Positions 50,598 to 63,279 of a DNA stretch of 63,450 nt are shown here, in pieces. Location: NCBI RefSeq assembly GCF_001194135.2, contig NC_068982.1, forward strand, positions 144,761,239-144,824,688, in the 5' to 3' direction. The position numbers and the translations under genes were made by a program. Source of the stretch: Octopus bimaculoides (taxonomy: Eukaryota). The notes under the pieces are model-generated. The model saw only the letters and a program-made list of their open reading frames with translations. It made no database searches and had not been told where the DNA came from. The stretch's first letter is position 1; each line of letters opens with the position of its first letter.

Positions 50598-51311
50598 TAT
50601 ATATATGTATATACTTATATACATGTATATATACATACACACACACATATCTCTCTCTCTTTCTCTTTCTTTCTCTCTTTCTCTATATGTATGTGTGTGT
50701 GTGTGAGTGAATGTATTCATGCACAAAACTTACATACATACATGTATACATACATATATAAAAACGTGATTCAATGTATACATATACAACACGTACGCGT
50801 TCATATATATATGCACACATATCTATACTTTAGTATGTTTACATTTAGATAACTCTAGGGTAAAGACTATTAAATCAACATATTACTAATTTTAGTCAGT
50901 TAGAGAGGAGTCATTTTCTTATCATTTCTGTTGGTTGATGCTGTCCATTACATTAACTGTGTTTTAGGCAATAAACAACAACAGCATAAAAAAAACAACA
51001 ACATATGATTTAGCTGTCTGTCCTGGTGGAATTAAAAATGTAATTACAATACAAGCTTATTCTTCCAGCTTTCTTTTCAAATATAACAGACTGATGAATA
51101 ATTTCATTGTTGTTTACAATAATTCTCTATTGTTATAAAGAACCTAACTTTATATCTGTATCCAAGTTGGATTACCATATATATCAGTATGTGTACGTGT
51201 GTGTGTGTGTGTGTGTGGTAGACAAATAAAGCAATGAATAAAATGATTTGTAATGTACAAGAATTCCTTAGAAAGTTTGAACAGCTAAAGAGAAATATTT
51301 CATTAGATCCT

Positions 51312-51510
51312 GAGGCAGTTAGCTGGCAGAATTGCTAGCACAACGGGCAAAAAGCTTAATGGCATTTTGCCAATCTTTATGTTCTGAATTTAAATTTTGC
51401 TGAGGTTGACTTTGCTTTTCATCCTTTCAGGATCAATAAATTATGTACCAATTGAATACTGGGATCAATGTTATCGACTTCCCCTTCCTCTGAAATTGTC
51501 GGCCTTGTGG
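51312..51510 (+). mobile_element. SINE family B1, CpG-decayed
   Basis: ttgctgaggttgactttgcttttcatcc. Confidence 0.85.
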
Positions 51511-51546
<36 letters not shown>

Positions 51547-52120
51547 NNNNNNNNNNNNNNNNNNNNNNNNNNNNNNNNNNNNNNNNNNNNNNNNNNNNNN
51601 NNNNNNNNNNNNNNNNNNNNNNNNNNNNNNNNNNNNNNNNNNNNNNNNNNNNNNNNNNNNNNNNNNNNNNNNNNNNNNNNNNNNNNNNNNNNNNNNNNNN
51701 NNNNNNNNNNNNNNNNNNNNNNNNNNNNNNNNNNNNNNNNNNNNNNNNNNNNNNNNNNNNNNNNNNNNNNNNNNNNNNNNNNNNNNNNNNNNNNNNNNNN
51801 NNNNNNNNNNNNNNNNNNNNNNNNNNNNNNNNNNNNNNNNNNNNNNNNNNNNNNNNNNNNNNNNNNNNNNNNNNNNNNNNNNNNNNNNNNNNNNNNNNNN
51901 NNNNNNNNNNNNNNNNNNNNNNNNNNNNNNNNNNNNNNNNNNNNNNNNNNNNNNNNNNNNNNNNNNNNNNNNNNNNNNNNNNNNNNNNNNNNNNNNNNNN
52001 NNNNNNNNNNNNNNNNNNNNNNNNNNNNNNNNNNNNNNNNNNNNNNNNNNNNNNNNNNNNNNNNNNNNNNNNNNNNNNNNNNNNNNNNNNNNNNNNNNNN
52101 NNNNNNNNNNNNNNNNNNNN

Positions 52121-53381
52121 AAATAGACACCTTTAATTTTCAAAATCTTTTATTTAATATGCAAAGTGAACAATTAAAATGTAATCGATAGGTAGGACTA
52201 CATACTTTAGTATTTAGTTGACATTCCCTTTGCAGTTTTTAATTCAGAAACTCTTTTTGGCATTGAACTGATGAGCTTTGTGATAGTCTCTTGTGGAATT
52301 TCTGCCCACTTTTCACGCAACAATCGAAACAATTCATCATTAAATTTAGGTTTCTGTTGAGTTTGTCATGCAGCACTATCTAGTATGCTCCTAAAATTTT
52401 CAATTGGGTTCATGTCAGGAGATTGGCTCAGCCAAGGAAGCTTTTTGATCCCATTTTCAGTCAGCCATTGTTGATTCCTTTTCGCTGTGTGGCATGGAGC
52501 CCCATCTTCCATGAATAAAAACTCATTTTCTGTTATGTTATTGTGTGAATACATTGGAAGTTGTCTTTACTTAAGTATTTCGATGTATTTTTCAGAGTTT
52601 ATGGTTCCAACACATTCGATCAGCTCAGAACGACCATTCTTGGTGATAGCTCTCCATACCATTACAGAGATACTGCCATGTTTCACAGTTGGTTGGGGTC
52701 ATTTCAAATCAAATTCTTGATTGAGAAGCCTCCAGACCCAAACACATCCATTGTCTGAATATAATGCAAATTTGGATTCATCTGAGAAAATCACTCTATC
52801 CCAAAATGAACAGGATTTTTCTGACATCTCCTTAGCCCATTTCTTTCTTTTCATGATATTAATTGGTTGATGGAGGGGTTTTCTTCTAGCTGCTTGTCCA
52901 TAATACCCAAGCTTATGCAGATATGTAACACACATTTTTGGACTAACTTCTAGCTGCTTTGCAATGTCAGAAGCCTTCAAACGTGGTTCATTTTCCACAA
53001 TTCTCTTCAAACAGCAAAGCTTCCTTTGCAAGGGCCCAGGTTGGTTGGGATGAGAATCTATTGATTCTTTTCCTTGGCTTTTGAATTGCACAATAATCCT
53101 ATTAACAGTAGCAAGAGAAATTTGAAGATTTTCCGCAATTTTTCACTGGCTAAGACCAGCCTTAGATTGACCAACAATATGACCTCTTTAAAAATCTCAC
53201 ATTTCAGCTGAATGTTTTGTGCATAGCATGGTTACTCATTGCAAATGTTTAATATAATGACACCTAGAATGAAAAAGAATAATTACATTGTAAATTCTAC
53301 ACCGCTGGAAACATTAAGATGCTTAGATCAGAAATTTTGAAAATTAAAGGTGTGTGTCTATTTACTTCCTGCATGTCTGTG
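52121..53381 (-). mobile_element. Tc1-like DNA transposon (left end runs into N gap)
   Basis: TIR aaatagacac(ac)ctttaattttcaaaat at both ends; right end followed by TA. Confidence 0.9.
52207..53229 (-). pseudogene. Tc1 DD34E transposase pseudogene, 340 codons, six internal stops, no frameshift
   Basis: RGHIVG..SDESKF..TVKHG..MEDGAPCH(34 aa)..SPDMNPIEN in one frame. Confidence 0.93.
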
Positions 53382-53396
53382 TATATATAAATATTG

Positions 53397-53668
53397 ATAT
53401 AAAGATTTATAATAGTATAAAATAAAATTATAATTAAGGGCATAGAGGCTTCTGTGCCTATATACTGAAGATAGATGCTAAATCCATCCAAACACTCTAA
53501 ATCATCACTTTATAAATTATAAAGTGATGATTTAGAGTGGTTGGAGGGATTATGCTGAAGATAGACTCTAAACCCATCCAACCACTCTAAATGATCAATT
53601 TATATCGGCACAGAAGTCTCTGTGCCCTTAATTGTAATTGTATATTATGCTATTATAAATCATTATAT
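53397..53668. mobile_element. MITE with ~65-bp TIRs, internal hairpin and direct repeat
   Basis: Outer IR ttataatag..aattaagggcatagaggcttctgtgcc; inner hairpin 53488-53544; direct repeat ctgaagatagaNNctaaaNccatccaa. Confidence 0.75.
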
Positions 53669-53739
53669 ATGAATTTTACATAATTAAGTCATTTATGTGC
53701 TGGCCACTGACAACATTTTTAATGATTTTATCCTTTAAT

Positions 53740-53777
<38 letters not shown>

Positions 53778-54511
53778 NNNNNNNNNNNNNNNNNNNNNNN
53801 NNNNNNNNNNNNNNNNNNNNNNNNNNNNNNNNNNNNNNNNNNNNNNNNNNNNNNNNNNNNNNNNNNNNNNNNNNNNNNNNNNNNNNNNNNNNNNNNNNNN
53901 NNNNNNNNNNNNNNNNNNNNNNNNNNNNNNNNNNNNNNNNNNNNNNNNNNNNNNNNNNNNNNNNNNNNNNNNNNNNNNNNNNNNNNNNNNNNNNNNNNNN
54001 NNNNNNNNNNNNNNNNNNNNNNNNNNNNNNNNNNNNNNNNNNNNNNNNNNNNNNNNNNNNNNNNNNNNNNNNNNNNNNNNNNNNNNNNNNNNNNNNNNNN
54101 NNNNNNNNNNNNNNNNNNNNNNNNNNNNNNNNNNNNNNNNNNNNNNNNNNNNNNNNNNNNNNNNNNNNNNNNNNNNNNNNNNNNNNNNNNNNNNNNNNNN
54201 NNNNNNNNNNNNNNNNNNNNNNNNNNNNNNNNNNNNNNNNNNNNNNNNNNNNNNNNNNNNNNNNNNNNNNNNNNNNNNNNNNNNNNNNNNNNNNNNNNNN
54301 NNNNNNNNNNNNNNNNNNNNNNNNNNNNNNNNNNNNNNNNNNNNNNNNNNNNNNNNNNNNNNNNNNNNNNNNNNNNNNNNNNNNNNNNNNNNNNNNNNNN
54401 NNNNNNNNNNNNNNNNNNNNNNNNNNNNNNGGGGTCGATTTGCTCGACTAAAGGCGGTGCTCCAGCATGGCCGCAGTCAAAATGACTGAAACAAGTAAAA
54501 GAGTAGAGTAG

Positions 54512-54675
54512 CACCCACTACACTCTCTAAGTGGTTGGCGTTAGGAAGGGCATCCAGCTGTAGAAACTCTGCCAAATCAGATTGAAGCCTGGTGTAGCCA
54601 TCCGGTTTCACCAGTCCTCAGTTAAATCGTCCAACCCATGCTAGCATGGAAAGCGGACGTTAAACAACGATGATG
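54512..54675 (+). mobile_element. RTE-type LINE 3' tail
   Basis: Family match. Confidence 0.85.
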
Positions 54676-55057
54676 AAGGCCGGTTTATGGGATTTTGATA
54701 TATACTGCTCTATATTATAGAGTGTGCTTCTTCTTTCAGAGTTATGTTTTTTACAGACGATATACGTATGTATGTATATATATATATATATATATATATA
54801 GATATATATTCACATGTGTGTGTGTGTTTATGTTTGTTCCCACCATCACCATAGCTTGACAACCAACGTTAATGTGTTTACATCTCCATGACTTAGCAGT
54901 TCAGCAATAAGTGACTGATAGAATAAGTACTAGGCTTACAAAGAATAAGCCTTGGGGTTGATTTCCTTGACTAAAACCGTTTAAGGTAGTGCTCGGTCAA
55001 ATGACTGAAACAAGTAAAAGAGTGGAAGAGTACAAGAGTAATACATAAATATATATA

Positions 55058-55229
55058 GACCGTTGACTGAACACTATTCAATTTTTTTTCTCCGTGTTTT
55101 TCTCCTTGTCTCCGTATTCTTTCTGTTGAAGAGCGTAGCTCGAAACGTCAAAGACTTTCCGTATTCCCGTGCGTCATACTAATATATCCTTTTGTTATTT
55201 ACACCACCTGTCCTCGTCTGTTGTTATTG
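55058..55229 (+). mobile_element. Family E copy 3 (truncated by gap)
   Basis: Near-identical to rc of 10581-10767. Confidence 0.75.
55118..55154 (+). ncRNA. Minimal type I hammerhead ribozyme (variant core), intact copy
   Basis: tcttt ctgttga a gagcgtagctc gaaacgtc aaaga, identical to 10671-10707. Confidence 0.6.
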
Positions 55230-55715
55230 NNNNNNNNNNCGTTATAAAACAGAAAGCAACACATCTGAATTAAAAGATACATATATTACCCAAGAAGTAA
55301 GATATATTGTAAACCATGCATGAAATGAAACATATCATAGTTCACTTAAACTAATCTACAACTCAACATGCCAATTAATTGGCTATAACCACATTAGAAT
55401 TTCAATTCTATCTTTTTATTATTTTTTTAATTTTTACTTTTATGCTCTTTATTTCTTTTTATCTTTTCAGTTTTCTGTTTTTGTTTGTTGCCCACACCTG
55501 TTAAATATTTTCTTCCCAAGCATCTTCTTTGGGAACAGAGTAATGCTTGGAATGTTGTATAGTTCTCACTCTAATCAAGTGTTTTTTTTTTTATACTTGT
55601 CTTTTTAAATTGTTTTTACTAAGTTTCAGTTCCAATAATATGTTTCCTACTATGAAACTTGAAAATACAAGCTGTTATAAAGGAAATGTATTATTGTTAT
55701 TGTTGTTGCTTTTGC

Positions 55716-55758
<43 letters not shown>

Positions 55759-56437
55759 TAGTTTTATTTTTATAGCGTGCTTTCACTTCACTACCGAGCG
55801 CAGCTCTGTGTGCCTTGGGTATATGCTGCGGTTTGCTATGATGCTCTTATGGTTACTGTATTGAATGTGCTATTATTATTATTATTATTATCGAGTGAGA
55901 GAGCAGTTCATAGTGACACTCATGTAAAATATAAAGCCCAATATACTCATCATGACTACTCGTCTGATAAGGGTCCACCAGGCACATGCATTGCAACCAT
56001 ATGTGCGCGACACATTGATTTCATATCAAGATAAACAGCACATGACCTTGCAGGTGGGGCCCAGTTAGAATTTTCTTCAGGTCGAGTAGCCCATCCTATT
56101 CAAAAGTTCCCTGAATAAGGGTTGTTTAAGGATGTTGAACGAAACACCCATATTTCCAGAGGTGAATTATCCAAACCCCCTAAGAAATCCTCTCAACACA
56201 TGGCTATGATGCTCCCCTACTACTTCTGCTTGTGATCAGAGATGCACATATTACTAGCCACTAAGGGACATGCTCAACTGGTTAAGGTCAAACAACTGAC
56301 AAGCAAATCTGTAGTACTGAGCAGAATATTTGCTGCAGCCCATCTTTTTATACCAAGACAAAACAATGTACATAATAACACTTCCAATCAGTTAAGTTTA
56401 AAAGCCATGAGAGCCACTGCCTGGTACTGCATCAGGG

Positions 56438-56476
<39 letters not shown>

Positions 56477-56491
56477 GATTATTATTATTAA

Positions 56492-56702
56492 AGCTGTGAG
56501 CTGGCAGAATCACAAGTGTGCTGGACGAAATGCTTAGCGGTATGCCACCCATCGCTATATTCTGAGTTCTAATTCCACCGAGGTTGACATTACTTTTCAT
56601 CCTTTTGAGGTCGATAAAATAAGTACCAGTGAAACACTGGGGTCAATATAATTGACTCGTCCCTACCCAACAAATTTGAGGCCTTGTGCTTCCACTAGAA
56701 AG
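56492..56702 (+). mobile_element. SINE family B1
   Basis: Family match; partial copies follow at ~56718 and ~56866. Confidence 0.85.
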
Positions 56703-56896
56703 GATTATTATTATTATTCTGCTGACGTCGACTTTGTCTTTCATTCTTTCAAGGTCAAGAAATTAAGTACCAGTTGCATACTTGGGTTGATCTAATTGAC
56801 TGGCCCCTTCCCCAAAATTTCGGGCCTTGTGCCTAGAGTTGAAAAAATTATTATTATTATTATTAAGGCTGAGAGCTGGCAGAATCATTAGTGTGC

Positions 56897-57030
56897 TTAT
56901 AAAACAGAAAGCAACACATCTGAATTAAAAGATACATATATTACCCAAGAAGTAAGATATATTGTAAACCATGCATGAAATGAAACATATCATAGTTCAC
57001 TTAAACTAATCTACAACTCAACATGCCAAT
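56897..57030 (+). repeat. 134-bp exact copy of 55242-55375 inserted in a SINE-B head
   Basis: Base-for-base identity on reading. Confidence 0.92.
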
Positions 57031-57059
57031 GGTATTTTGCCCAGCGTTATGTTCATCAT

Positions 57060-57375
57060 CATCATCATTATCGTTTAACGTTCGTTTTCCATGCTAGCTT
57101 GGGTTGAACGGTTCGACATGGGTCTGGGAAGCCAGGAGGCTGCACCAGGCTCCAGTCTGATCTGGCAGTGTTTCTATGGCTGGATGCATGCCCTTCCTAA
57201 TGCCAGCCACTCTGTGAGTGTAGTGGGTGCTTTTTACGTGCCACCGGCACAGGGGCCAGGGCAGGCTGGCAACGGCCACGATCGGTTGGTGCTTTTTTCG
57301 TGCCACTGGCACGGAAGCCAGTCAAGGCAGCGCTGGCATGGTGCTTTTTACGTGTCACCAGCACGGGTATCACAA
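57060..57375 (-). mobile_element. RTE-type LINE 3' UTR/tail
   Basis: Family match. Confidence 0.85.
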
Positions 57376-57962
57376 CTACAATAAGTTCAAATTCTGCCAA
57401 GGTCGACTTTACCTTTCATCCATTCAAGGTCGATAAAATAAGTACCAGTTGAACACTGNNNNNNNNNNNNNNNNNNNNNNNNNNNNNNNNNNNNNNNNNN
57501 NNNNNNNNNNNNNNNNNNNNNNNNNNNNNNNNNNNNNNNNNNNNNNNNNNNNNNNNNNNNNNNNNNNNNNNNNNNNNNNNNNNNNNNNNNNNNNNNNNNN
57601 NNNNNNNNNNNNNNNNNNNNNNNNNNNNNNNNNNNNNNNNNNNNNNNNNNNNNNNNNNNNNNNNNNNNNNNNNNNNNNNNNNNNNNNNNNNNNNNNNNNN
57701 NNNNNNNNNNNNNNNNNNNNNNNNNNNNNNNNNNNNNNNNNNNNNNNNNNNNNNNNNNNNNNNNNNNNNNNNNNNNNNNNNNNNNNNNNNNNNNNNNNNN
57801 NNNNNNNNNNNNNNNNNNNNNNNNNNNNNNNNNNNNNNNNNNNNNNNNNNNNNNNNNNNNNNNNNNNNNNNNNNNNNNNNNNNNNNNNNNNNNNNNNNNN
57901 NNNNNNNNNNNNNNNNNNNNNNNNNNNNNNNNNNNNNNNNNNNNNNNNNNNNNNNNNNNNNN

Positions 57963-57996
<34 letters not shown>

Positions 57997-59940
57997 AGTG
58001 ATAGTGATAGTGAGTGGCGACGGCATTCCTTTTGTGTTTTTAAATGTTTCAGAGAGGACGTGAGAGAGAGAGAGAGAATGGTGACGGCGTTCGTTTTGTG
58101 ATTTTAAATATTTATCACATCGCAAGAAAAGTAGATACATAGATCGAAAGAAAAGTTGATATATAGATACATACGCACATTGTTAAATTAAAAGCAGGAG
58201 AGAGGAGGGACACAGAGAAAGTGAAAGAGAAAGAGAGAAAATGACAGACAGTAGATACATAGATCGAAAGAAAATTTGATACATAGATACAGACACAGCA
58301 AATATTGGATGTCACTTTCACTTTTCATTACCACACAAGGATAAAACTAACTCGCAAGTGGCTGAGTACACCACAGACATGCATATCATTAACATAGTCC
58401 TCAGGGAGATCAGCCTCACTCAGAATGTGACATGGCTGGCCCCTTTGACTTATAGCTACAGCTCATTTTTGTCAGCTGAGTGGACTGCAGCAGGGCGAAG
58501 TAGTGTACCTTGCTCAAAGATACAGCGCGCCGCAGGGAATCGTACTCATGACTTTACAATCGTGGGCCGAATGCCCCTAACCACTGAGCCACGCACCTTG
58601 ACTCTCTTAACCGTAGAGAAAAGGAGTGAAGCGATAGAGAAAGAGAAAGGAAAGCCTCAGTCATTTACAATGACAATTAAACTGAAATACGATCGATCTT
58701 TTCTAGCTTCTTTACTTTTAACAATGAAGAAGAGGGAAAGACATTTAGTGATGAATAGAAGGAAATTCTTTCAGGAGTTTGTGTCTTTATTCTGGAAATT
58801 CCAAAACGATCAAATGTTAGTTCTCTCTTCTTCCCCCCCCCCTGCTACTTATTCGCCTTCTTTCATAGTTCTTCATGTCTTTATTTGAGGGGGAAAGACC
58901 ATGTTTCTTTTTTCAGGCACATTTAATGTTTTCCCTANNNNNNNNNNNNNNNNNNNNNNNNNNNNNNNNNNNNNNNNNNNNNNNNNNNNNNNNNNNNNNN
59001 NNNNNNNNNNNNNNNNNNNNNNNNNNNNNNNNNNNNNNNNNNNNNNNNNNNNNNNNNNNNNNNNNNNNNNNNNNNNNNNNNNNNNNNNNNNNNNNNNNNN
59101 NNNNNNNNNNNNNNNNNNNNNNNNNNNNNNNNNNNNNNNNNNNNNNNNNNNNNNNNNNNNNNNNNNNNNNNNNNNNNNNNNNNNNNNNNNNNNNNNNNNN
59201 NNNNNNNNNNNNNNNNNNNNNNNNNNNNNNNNNNNNNNNNNNNNNNNNNNNNNNNNNNNNNNNNNNNNNNNNNNNNNNNNNNNNNNNNNNNNNNNNNNNN
59301 NNNNNNNNNNNNNNNNNNNNNNNNNNNNNNNNNNNNNNNNNNNNNNNNNNNNNNNNNNNNNNNNNNNNNNNNNNNNNNNNNNNNNNNNNNNNNNNNNNNN
59401 NNNNNNNNNNNNNNNNNNNNNNNNNNNNNNNNNNNNNNNNNNNNNNNNNNNNNNNNNNNNNNNNNNNNNNNNNNNNNNNNNNNNNNNNNNNNNNNNNNNN
59501 NNNNNNNNNNNNNNNNNNNNNNNNNNNNNNNNNNNNNNNNNNNNNNNNNNNNNNNNNNNNNNNNNNNNNNNNNNNNNNNNNNNNNNNNNNNNNNNNNNNN
59601 NNNNNNNNNNNNNNNNNNNNNNNNNNNNNNNNNNNNNNNNNNNNNNNNNNNNNNNNNNNNNNNNNNNNNNNNNNNNNNNNNNNNNNNNNNNNNNNNNNNN
59701 NNNNNNNNNNNNNNNNNNNNNNNNNNNNNNNNNNNNNNNNNNNNNNNNNNNNNNNNNNNNNNNNNNNNNNNNNNNNNNNNNNNNNNNNNNNNNNNNNNNN
59801 NNNNNNNNNNTTCAAGTCTTTCTCAATTATCTCCCTTTGGGGTGTTTCCAAAGTTTTATTTTCGTTTCTCTATTGTTAATTTTACTCGCGTCTCTATCTT
59901 AGTAGAAACTAGTGGAAACTCGCGTATCTATCTTAGTATA

Positions 59941-60160
59941 AAGGCAGCAAGCTGGCAGAAACGTTAGCTCACCGGGCGAAATGCTTAGCGGTATTTCGTC
60001 TGCCACTAAATTCAAATTCTGCCGAGGTCGACTTTGCCTTTCATCCTTTCGGGGTCGATTAAATAAGTACCAGTTACGCACTGGGGTCGATGTATAATCG
60101 GCTTAATCCGTTTCTCTGTCCTTGTTTGTCCCCTCTGTGTGTAGCCCCTAGTGGGCAGTA
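59941..60160 (+). mobile_element. SINE family B2
   Basis: Family match. Confidence 0.92.
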
Positions 60161-60450
60161 AAAAAATAAACTGATGGATAAAGAAATCAAACTACATAAA
60201 CAAACGGCAGCAAAACCGTTCAGAAATTAAATAAAAACTAACATATGTTTATGATATATATTATATATATTATATTGTATATTATATATTATACATACAT
60301 GTTAACACTTTACAGTATATTTATATATATATACATATATCTATACATCGATCTAAAACAACAGGAATACTAAAGGAAGGCTGGAATTTAAGAGAAGGGA
60401 AAAATCGTCAGGTCTCATGTTATTCATTTAAAAATTCCTGAGTAGAAGTT

Positions 60451-60790
60451 ATTATTACCTCCGCCTTTGAAACTATTTCGAATGGTGAATTTGTTAACTT
60501 TGAGTGGTATTAGATAAAGATAAACTATTTATTACTGTTACTAAATTTTCTACAACCACCTTCACATTCCATGACTACCATTGGGATCGATCAGGCATCG
60601 GATAAGGATTCTGGATTATTTTTCCGGTAGTTTACTTAATTTTTGAGAGTGGTCGGGTTAATTTTTAGTATTCTCGTTTGTCGAGTTTATTTCAGATATT
60701 CTCTTTCTAAAAATCATCTCTGGCTAATCGTTGAGAGGATGTTGGTGTTACCTAGGCAGAAGTTTTCGCTCTCTGAGTGCTCATATTATT
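60451..60790 (+). mobile_element. Helentron-associated (HINE/DINE-1-like) non-autonomous element
   Basis: 5' attattacctccgcc, 3' ggcagaagttttcgctctctgagtgc short hairpin, T-rich flanks. Confidence 0.45.
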
Positions 60791-61092
60791 TGATTAAAAC
60801 TCTCAGCTTATTTTACTGGGTATGATGGAAAGTGTCAGCTGTCTGCAACTAGCAGACTAAGGTGACACTTATTTACTGATCATACTTCAAGAACCTTGCG
60901 AAGAATTCTTGCAGTTCCAAGCGATGGTGATTTTTCTATCTTTAGGTATTCTATCTTTACATTTGTACCAGTCTTTTTGAGCCATGGTGGTAGCCGAGTG
61001 CTGATATTTCCAAGCATGCCAATTACTACCAATATCACGTCCACTTTTTTCATTGCCCACAACCTGCGTATTTCGCACTTCAAATCGTCATA
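60790..61092 (-). mobile_element. Dong/R4-clade LINE 3' end (restriction-like endonuclease C-terminus + 3' UTR)
   Basis: YDDLKCEIRRLWAMKKVDVILVVIGMLG..LGTARILRKVLEV*; abuts (TAA)n, the known Dong target. Confidence 0.8.
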
Positions 61093-62353
61093 GTTGTTGT
61101 TATTATTATTATTATTATAGCTGTTACTGAAATTGAGTCCAAGAAAAAAAAGAAAAAACTCCCAGACACATCTATAATAGCTTTTTATTTTTACTTTTTA
61201 TATTGTTCCTCTGGAATGTCAACGTTACCATTTTAGTTCTTTGAAGACATTTTTAGGCACTTTATTGGGCTGGGACATGATGACATTATTATTCTGCTGG
61301 GACACGAAGGCATATTTACTGTGTTGTTGTAAGTGACATGTGGACAATATTATGCTGCCGACAGAAGCTGCGAGGAATTGACAAAAATGATATAGCATTG
61401 GACTAAATTATGTTGCAGTATTTAATTTTGTCCCACTACATTCTGAGTTTAAAGCTGCTATAGATTAACGATTTTTCCCTATTTGGAAGTGTGGGAATGG
61501 GCAATAAAATAAATATTAATCATGAAATTATTATTGTTAACAATAAAATAATGATTATGATTATCATTATTTACGTCATAACAATTTAGAAACTTCGAGA
61601 GAACGTGAAATAATTCGTTTTTAACTGTACAACTCAAAGTAGATAAAGCTATTAATAATTACATGTAGATAATTAAAACAATATAAAATAATATATTGAC
61701 CCGGAAGCATCGAGTGAGAACATCAGAGCCATTTTGGCCTTGTTGGGTCTTAATGACGTGTGCTCGCAAGTGGCCATATGCCCTGACGAGATTTATGGCC
61801 TTTAATACACAAATGGTGAATTATGCATTCTCTGGTAGTGTGAATAGTCGCCTGGATGATTTTTCATCTCTCTTCGATATGTATTGTATTTTTAAACATA
61901 GCACATCTATAAGGGATTATATCTTGGTGGTAAACCACAGTAATTTGCCTGCCAACGATGTATATACATTATAGTACATAGTTAGATGGTTGTGTGTGTG
62001 TGTGTGTATGTATATAGACAGATAGATAACAAGTATGTATGTATGTATGCATGTATGTATGTATGTCNNNNNNNNNNNNNNNNNNNNNNNNNNNNNNNNN
62101 NNNNNNNNNNNNNNNNNNNNNNNNNNNNNNNNNNNNNNNNNNNNNNNNNNNNNNNNNNNNNNNNNNNNNNNNNNNNNNNNNNNNNNNNNNNNNNNNNNNN
62201 NNNNNNNNNNNNNNNNNNNNNNNNNNNNNNNNNNNNNNNNNNNNNNNNNNNNNNNNNNNNNNNNNNNNNNNNNNNNNNNNNNNNNNNNNNNNNNNNNNNN
62301 NNNNNNNNNNNNNNNNNNNNNNNNNNNNNNNNNNNNNNNNNNNNNNNNNNNNN

Positions 62354-62510
62354 TCAAAGGGCCAGTCTTGTCACGCTGAATCTCCCTGAGAGCTACGAGA
62401 AGGATACACGTGTCTGTGGAGTGCTCAGCCGCTTGCACGTTAATTTCACGAGCAAGCTGTTCTGTTGATCGTATCAGCTGGGACCCTCGTCATCGTAACC
62501 GACGGAGTAC
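62354..62510 (+). mobile_element. SINE family D 3' tail
   Basis: Family match. Confidence 0.85.
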
Positions 62511-63094
62511 CCCATTTTTATATATATGATGGAACAAAAACACAATAGAGGACAATAAAACATCCGGGCAGATAGAGGATACAAATGCGGACAGAAAAAC
62601 AACAAATAGGGGACAGGAAAATAAAAAAATAAAAAGGACGGGTCATTCGTGGCCTTCTTTCATCAGTCAAATTTCCAGATTGTTCTTACAGTTTCGGGCA
62701 GTTACACTTGAGACTGTTCAAATCTGGTTGCCCACCAAAAGTCAAAGCTATGAGCATTAGAGTTTTTTTGTAAGAAAGCAAGCGAATGTGTACGACAACA
62801 AAGACAAAAAACAGAGACCATGTTACACAATTGCAAATACAAACAACAAGAATATAACACCAGGTGTCTTTCGACTAATGAGAACGAATCAAATTAAGCT
62901 GGCGTCTATAGAGTGAAAGCTTGAGGCAGGAACATAGGAGATGGACATAATATATATGAAGCGGAAACAGGTGTAATTTATGAGATGTGTCACTTGTTTG
63001 TGTAAAATATTTAAATTGAAGTGAATTTGTAAGTGTTCAATTTGTTGTTTTGTTTTCCATTTCTTATATATGTATTTATATATTCATCATTATT

Positions 63095-63235
63095 ATCATC
63101 ATCATCGTTTAACGTCCGCTTTCCATGTTAGCATGGGTTGGACGGTTTGACTGAGGACTAGTGAACCAGATGGCTACACCAGGCTCCAATCTGATTTGGC
63201 AGAGGTTTTACAGCTGGATGCCCTTCCTAACGCTA
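63095..63235 (-). mobile_element. RTE-type LINE 3' tail
   Basis: Family match. Confidence 0.85.
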
Positions 63236-63279
63236 ATGTCATTCCTAACGCTATTAATAAGCTGTATTCTTTTTCTTTT

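Noticed and set aside
49397-50852. 400+ aa ORFs (and similar at 24, 27, 46, 51.5, 54, 57.5, 59, 62 kb)
   Set aside because: Open only because of N runs and flanking microsatellites
62641-62730. CCGAAAC and CTGATGA on the minus strand
   Set aside because: Motifs are in the wrong order for type I and helices do not close; at most a decayed remnant
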